DNA of 64,000 nt from a virus: the IMG/VR virus record IMGVR_UViG_3300012359_000028, positions 18,433-82,432 of that record; one strand, written 5' to 3'. A program made the translations under genes and the position numbers. The notes under the pieces were generated by a model. It searched no databases. It saw only the letters and a program-made list of their open reading frames with translations, and was not told the origin of the DNA. This document shows, piece after piece, positions 59,382 to 64,000 of this stretch (positions within the stretch are counted from its first letter, which is position 1; each line of letters begins with the position of its first letter).

Positions 59382-59639
59382 AAATTGTCTCCTAATATAT
59401 TTTAACCTAGTCGGGATCGGATTGTCAAGGATATTTGGAAGTGGCATCCCCAATGTTCCTAGTGCGTTCGCAAGATATTGAAAACAGCCTAGTTAAGTTT
59501 AACCATAATGAAATCAAAGGATTAACGAATGGGGGTGCCAAAGTCGGTCCTAGACTAGAGAAAAGTGGTGGTGTGACAGGTGTTCTTCCAGTGGTGTGGT
59601 CTTTCAGACCCCTTTCTCTACACGGATGCTGACATTGAG

Positions 59640-59860
59640 GTGCCCATACCCGTCATACCATATAGATTATATCTGATATTATCAATACGCCATTATGGTC
59701 TTTATTATAAAGGATTTAAATCAATAATGCTGTAAGATATCTTATTACATATATGGATTAAGGGATTATATACATATATAGGGCATTGGCACGTCCCTTA
59801 AAGGAATACCATACATACCCACATGTACCCGTGGACCGGAATTTTTTACATAGTCAGATT
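59640..59860. other. AT-rich divergent intergenic region (candidate origin or genome terminus)
   Basis: Non-coding, strongly AT-rich and TATA-like; the coding strand switches here. Confidence 0.4.
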
Positions 59861-59863
59861 TAC

Positions 59864-59891
59864 AAAATTCGTGACACTTCTGCGGCATCTA
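59864..59891 (+). promoter_or_regulatory. 28-bp conserved motif, copy 3
   Basis: AAAATTCGTGACACTTCTGCGGCATCTA (26/28 to copy 1) at the head of the + strand gene cluster. Confidence 0.7.
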
Positions 59892-59935
59892 CTAGAGGGA
59901 GAGGCATGGTGTAGTGTCTTATAGGGTGAGAATCA

Positions 59936-60226
59936 GTGTATAAAAAGATTGAACCGCGAGCACCAGATTTTGAGATTGGGCAGTTTCCACATTGTGATCC
60001 CCAGATTCTCCACGCCCCGGCCGAATGTGAATTTTGTGACCGGTATGTTAATTGGCAGGCGCTTCGCCTAGCTTGGGGTATTGCCTTTACCGGCTGGACC
60101 CCTGATGAATCTAAACATGAGTTGCCATGTCCGGCGAATCATGCACGGGGCGAAAAATGTGAAGTGTGGACAGGTAACCAGGCGACTCGAATGAGCGTCG
60201 GTAGTCCCTTGATGGAATCGTGGTGA
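59936..60226 (+). CDS. Hypothetical protein
   Basis: FPHCD..ILHAP.EC.FCD motif. Confidence 0.55.
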   Translation: MYKKIEPRAPDFEIGQFPHCDPQILHAPAECEFCDRYVNWQALRLAWGIAFTGWTPDESKHELPCPANHARGEKCEVWTGNQATRMSVGSPLMESW

Positions 60227-60238
60227 GAGTGGTCCGTC

Positions 60239-60550
60239 ATGAATATCAAGACACTTTATAAACAATTGTGTCGGAAATCATTTCATGTTAAGCCTTTCAA
60301 AGTCAAAGTCCGATTCAAGAAATTGGAAGGTCTATTGGCACTTACGGATTATTGGGAAGCGCCTGATGAGAAGATTTCCGGGTTACGAATCCAGGTTCAT
60401 AAAAGACTTCATTTCAGCCGTAATCTTGTAGCCCAAAGTTTGATTCATGAAATTGCGCATGTTGTAAGTCGCCAGTCAAATCATAATAGCAAATTTTACA
60501 AAATTTATTTCAAGGCTGCCCAAACCAAATTTGGGCGACGATTTTTCTAG
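60239..60550 (+). CDS. SprT-like zinc metalloprotease
   Basis: LIHEIAH...H...F. Confidence 0.65.
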   Translation: MNIKTLYKQLCRKSFHVKPFKVKVRFKKLEGLLALTDYWEAPDEKISGLRIQVHKRLHFSRNLVAQSLIHEIAHVVSRQSNHNSKFYKIYFKAAQTKFGRRFF

Positions 60551-60557
60551 GAGATTT

Positions 60558-60791
60558 ATGATAATGGCAAAGCACCGTTCTGAAGATCAAGGCGCTCGGG
60601 ATTTTACGCCGGTTGATGGTAAGTTGCTGACAGACGGCTATCCGACTGAAGAACTTTCATCCGATCCGAGTATTGCTCGGGATTGGGCGAGCTACACGTC
60701 CTTAAATCCGATGGAAGAGGACGTTCTGAATCGGTCTGGTATTAAACCGACTCACGGCAATCCGAAGCACGACACAGTTGAGCCTAAATAA
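60558..60791 (+). CDS. Hypothetical protein
   Basis: AGGAG RBS. Confidence 0.45.
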   Translation: MIMAKHRSEDQGARDFTPVDGKLLTDGYPTEELSSDPSIARDWASYTSLNPMEEDVLNRSGIKPTHGNPKHDTVEPK

Positions 60792-60936
60792 CTGAGGAGC
60801 CGAGGGCTCTGATTTTTCTATTCGCTGCGGTAGCATTTGTATCATGGCGCATCGAGCGTCATCGAACGACGCGGCGTCATGTGCGGATGTTTAAGACTAT
60901 GCTGGATGAGGAACTTCGGAGAAGGGTATTCTGGCA

Positions 60937-61374
60937 ATGAAATTCAAAGTTCTGATCTTGCTATTGTGGGTGATATTTATATTTACTTTGGTAGTTGCCC
61001 AAGGTGCAGCGCCACAGTTTATAGTGGAAGGCTCAACAACCTACGAACGGAATCGAATCATTCGTCTTGAGCAGTCTTTGAACTTCACACAAGAGCCCAT
61101 GCCTGAAGGTTGGGAAACAACGATTTGGCCGCAAGATCAATTCGAGAAATATGTTCGAGATCACAACACTCCAACCGGTATTGCATTTACATTTCTTGGA
61201 CTGGATCACACCTACATCAATGAGTATTTTTTGATCTGGGCAAATGACCAGCAAGTTCGCTTTGTGTTGGCCCATGAAGCCGGGCACATGATTTGCGAGT
61301 GTCATTCAGAAGATAAAGCAGACGCGATTGCACGTGTGCTAACCGGCGAGGATCGGCCGCCATTGGAACGATGA
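60937..61374 (+). CDS. Secreted zincin-like metallopeptidase
   Basis: Signal peptide; VLAHEAGH...E..AD..A. Confidence 0.6.
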   Translation: MKFKVLILLLWVIFIFTLVVAQGAAPQFIVEGSTTYERNRIIRLEQSLNFTQEPMPEGWETTIWPQDQFEKYVRDHNTPTGIAFTFLGLDHTYINEYFLIWANDQQVRFVLAHEAGHMICECHSEDKADAIARVLTGEDRPPLER

Positions 61375-61628
61375 TGGTGAAGACAACTGTTGAATTGAGA
61401 GCAGAACGAAATCACGTTGGCTTGCCTCCTCGTGAGCGCTTCGGTGAGAAAGTTCCGAAGGGCGGATCAATGTGTTCCAACTGCGAATATCTCGCTGAGG
61501 ATAAAAAGCATTGTACTGAGAAAAATTTTATTGCTTGGGAAGGTCCAAACAAACCCGCAGGCAGCAGCAAGATTCCAGCGCCGATAGATAGTTACTGTTC
61601 GATCTGGTGGTCGAATGAATCAAGGTAA
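61371..61628 (+). CDS. Cys-containing hypothetical protein
   Basis: GGSMCSNCEYL...C...YC..W. Confidence 0.5.
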   Translation: MMVKTTVELRAERNHVGLPPRERFGEKVPKGGSMCSNCEYLAEDKKHCTEKNFIAWEGPNKPAGSSKIPAPIDSYCSIWWSNESR

Positions 61629-62043
61629 TTATCATCGGAAGTGGCGGGAACAGAATTTAGAACATTGTCGAGCACAGAACCGGCAATGGAATCGTGATCA
61701 TCCTGAAGCTCATCGACGACATTGTTTGAAGGCGGCCAATAAAGAAATGAAAGAGAACCCCGATGGTCGAAGGAGTCGCTTTCTTCATAATTTGTACGGT
61801 ATAACTCTCGACGATAAACGACGAATTTATGAAGAGCAAAAAGGGTTGTGTGCTCTTTGTGGGGAACCGCTCCCTAATGATTTTAGAAAAGCAGCCGTCG
61901 ATCATAACCACGAAACGAAGAAAGTTCGGGCATTGCTTCACAAATTTCCGTGCAACAATGGTTTGGGATGGTTTGAGAATGTTAAGTTTCGTACGCAAGC
62001 AGAGACTTATCTACGGTTGCATTCGGAGATAGTGGAGAACTGA
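61615..62043 (+). CDS. Endonuclease VII-like protein
   Basis: YGIT...Q.GLCALC...VDHNH.T..VRALL...CN.GLG. Confidence 0.85.
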   Translation: MNQGNYHRKWREQNLEHCRAQNRQWNRDHPEAHRRHCLKAANKEMKENPDGRRSRFLHNLYGITLDDKRRIYEEQKGLCALCGEPLPNDFRKAAVDHNHETKKVRALLHKFPCNNGLGWFENVKFRTQAETYLRLHSEIVEN

Positions 62044-62044
62044 T

Positions 62045-62428
62045 ATGGCTATATCGACTGTAGTTATCGCGACACCATCCGGGCTGACTCTGTATAAAGA
62101 CACAGCGCTCGGCGTTACGTTGGATGGTGTTAAAGCGTCCTCGACGCTGATCAATTGGATTCAAGTTGACAATACTGCGAACGGTGGTGTTCCAAGTTAT
62201 TTGAAACTGTTCAATTTGACGAGTGGTGCAGTGACGTTGGGCACGACGGTTCCAGATGCAGTTCTTTATGTTGAGGCGGGTAAGCTAGATACATTTAATT
62301 TCCAGAGCGGAGCGAGCCAAGGTCTTACGTTTGCGACGGCGCTCACGATGGCATGCGTAACCACTGGCGGGACCGGAGGCGTTTCGGCTCCGACGAATCC
62401 GGTGATTGTCACAGTCGCGTTCATATAA
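62045..62428 (+). CDS. Putative virion protein
   Basis: Beta-rich; YLKLFN...VTLGTTVPD motif typical of phage structural proteins. Confidence 0.5.
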   Translation: MAISTVVIATPSGLTLYKDTALGVTLDGVKASSTLINWIQVDNTANGGVPSYLKLFNLTSGAVTLGTTVPDAVLYVEAGKLDTFNFQSGASQGLTFATALTMACVTTGGTGGVSAPTNPVIVTVAFI

Positions 62429-62973
62429 AAAAAAATGGATAGTCAATCGACCAAGCGCCAAAGTTTTCGCCGTGAAGTTTCCGTGTAAATTATGGACGCT
62501 AGCCTCACTTTCTGTATCTTGTTGAAAATACAGGGCAGTGTAAGTTTTACAAAAGTACGGTAAACTACTTGATTGATTGTAATTTCATTGATCTCAAAGG
62601 AGTTTAATCTTAGCCGCTCGGGATAGGCGAGCGTGAGACCATTCGGAATATCCAGGCATCTCACAGGAATTGCAGAGGTTACGAACACGGCGCTCGCGTG
62701 TATTCAACGCCCCATGCAAGTTGATTGCCAAACCCGCACAAAGTTTTTGATAGCATTGTTCATCGAGCAATATGTAACTTGTTGCATCGACTGGAGTTAT
62801 AAAGCATTCTTTGCAGGAACTTTTGACGGGGCGGGGAGCCCCCAAGCCGGTCGTCCGCTCGGCGGGGCTAGGCCAAATTTTTAGCAAAGCAAACGGGAGA
62901 CGGGTAATTTCGTACCGTCCTATGAATTTTCATAGTCGGGCTTACCCGGAGACCGGCTGTAAGGTTGACACCA

Positions 62974-63213
62974 ATGGCACGAGTCAAAGATATAGTTCGA
63001 TTCAAATTCCACCCGACGCATGTTGATCAGATGTTGGCGGCCCCAGGTCTTGACTCTGCTCACGACATTGCTTCAAGTCATATCAGCGAATATGGTCTGC
63101 TCCGCATCAGCGCGGTTCATACTGATGGAACTGTCGATGGAACGATGGTTGTGAATCACACGACTATCCCAGTTTCAAATGCTCAGCAATTCAATGGTTT
63201 CTGGGCTCTCTGA
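62974..63213 (+). CDS. Hypothetical protein
   Basis: MARVKDIVRF... ORF following the structured region. Confidence 0.4.
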   Translation: MARVKDIVRFKFHPTHVDQMLAAPGLDSAHDIASSHISEYGLLRISAVHTDGTVDGTMVVNHTTIPVSNAQQFNGFWAL

Positions 63214-63287
63214 ATAGACTTCAGAAAATGGTTAAGGTTGTCAATCGCCGGGCTCAATGTTGACAATTCCGGCGCTTAAGGTTTCCA

Positions 63288-63428
63288 ATGGAAGTGACCC
63301 CGGTGCAGGCCCCCGTCGCGCCCAAGTGTCCGCATTGTGGCCGCACGGATTTTCCGCACTGGTCAGCATGTAAACGGCATGTCAAGCGTTGCCTATTTGG
63401 CGCGCACCCGAGAAAACGAATTTCTTAG
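63288..63428 (+). CDS. Small C2HC zinc-finger protein (not in ORF track)
   Basis: MEVTPVQAPVAPKCPHCGR...RHVKRC; stop abuts the tRNA. Confidence 0.35.
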   Translation: MEVTPVQAPVAPKCPHCGRTDFPHWSACKRHVKRCLFGAHPRKRIS

Positions 63429-63502
63429 CCCGATTCATTTAACGGCAGGATGCGGAGCCTGTAACTCCGTCATGGTGGGTTCGACTCCTCCATTGGGCTC
63501 CA
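63428..63502 (+). tRNA. tRNA-Thr(TGT)-like, non-canonical
   Basis: Acceptor GCCCGAT/ATTGGGC plus T-CCA, D-arm, anticodon stem CGGAG/CTCCG with loop CCTGTAA, T-loop TTCGACT. Confidence 0.75.
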
Positions 63503-63532
63503 TTTATTTAACGATTTTTTAGGAGATTTTCA

Positions 63533-63862
63533 ATGTCACTTAACGCACCCGCGACCTTCACAATTTCTGGTGATGCTGCTATCACCATCACGGTGAGTTG
63601 GACTTCAAACCCGAGTTTGAGCACCATATCAAATGCGAGTTTTACGCTCGGGACCGTCAACGCTACCACGTATAACATGCTCGATGTGTTTGATAATCCA
63701 CAGAGGCTTGTGCTGGATATTCAGAAAACACAAACTGGCACGGATGCCGGTTCGCTTGCCATGGCTCAAAGACTTTTGACTGCGTTGCAGGCCATCGTCG
63801 AGTTCTATCAATTGCAGGCCGTCAATAGCGCTACATTCCGATTCAATCTCGTGATAGCCTAA
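63533..63862 (+). CDS. Hypothetical/virion protein
   Basis: AGGAG RBS; 109 aa. Confidence 0.5.
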   Translation: MSLNAPATFTISGDAAITITVSWTSNPSLSTISNASFTLGTVNATTYNMLDVFDNPQRLVLDIQKTQTGTDAGSLAMAQRLLTALQAIVEFYQLQAVNSATFRFNLVIA

Positions 63863-64000
63863 AAACGGAATCTGTATGGACTTTCTGTCGGAGGATAAAA
63901 TGAATTATGTCATTGCAGTATTTGATACCCTCGCTACTGTCGGAGTCTTCTACGCCGGATATAAATTCGGTGGGCGAGGCAAAGCGGCTATCGAGTTCGA

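Noticed and set aside
63236-63275. H-type pseudoknot or ribozyme (TTGTCAA/TTGACAA with CGCCGG/CCGGCG)
   Set aside because: The connecting loop is too short for both stems to form together, and no ribozyme core was recognised.
63428-63502. tRNA-Tyr(GTA) or suppressor tRNA with genetic-code reassignment
   Set aside because: Stem geometry centres TGT and there is no long variable arm; genes read intact under code 11 and use all three stops.

Overview
A 64-kb segment of a dsDNA tailed bacteriophage genome, probably podovirus-like and possibly temperate. The host is tentatively Acidobacteriota, inferred from the integrase. On the + strand, 1-17.9 kb encodes tail, adhesin and ejection proteins and ends in a 1481-aa multidomain virion protein. 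On the - strand, 17.9-59.4 kb holds a tyrosine integrase, many small accessory genes, lysis enzymes, RNA-repair/counter-defence genes (RNA ligase, DHH phosphoesterase, receiver-like domain, NADAR) and a replication module (PD-(D/E)XK nuclease, UvrD helicase, recombinase, PolA, dUTPase, PrimPol-helicase, SSB, DnaQ-like exonuclease, nucleotide-pool enzymes). After an AT-rich divergence point (~59.4-59.9 kb) a + strand cluster begins that includes an atypical tRNA. Main features not visible in the ORF track: (1) a circularly permuted two-piece tmRNA gene with its own sigma70 promoter and a 32-residue tag; (2) a 2.8-kb IS1595-family element with 20-bp inverted repeats and an 8-bp target duplication, carrying an ABC-ATPase-GNAT passenger operon and a 5'-deleted transposase; (3) a 28-bp motif present three times upstream of genes, a candidate phage-specific promoter, one copy lying at the 3' end of a sigma-region-4-like gene; (4) leaderless sigma70 promoters; (5) candidate structured RNAs. 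All family assignments come from motif recognition by eye; no searches were run.
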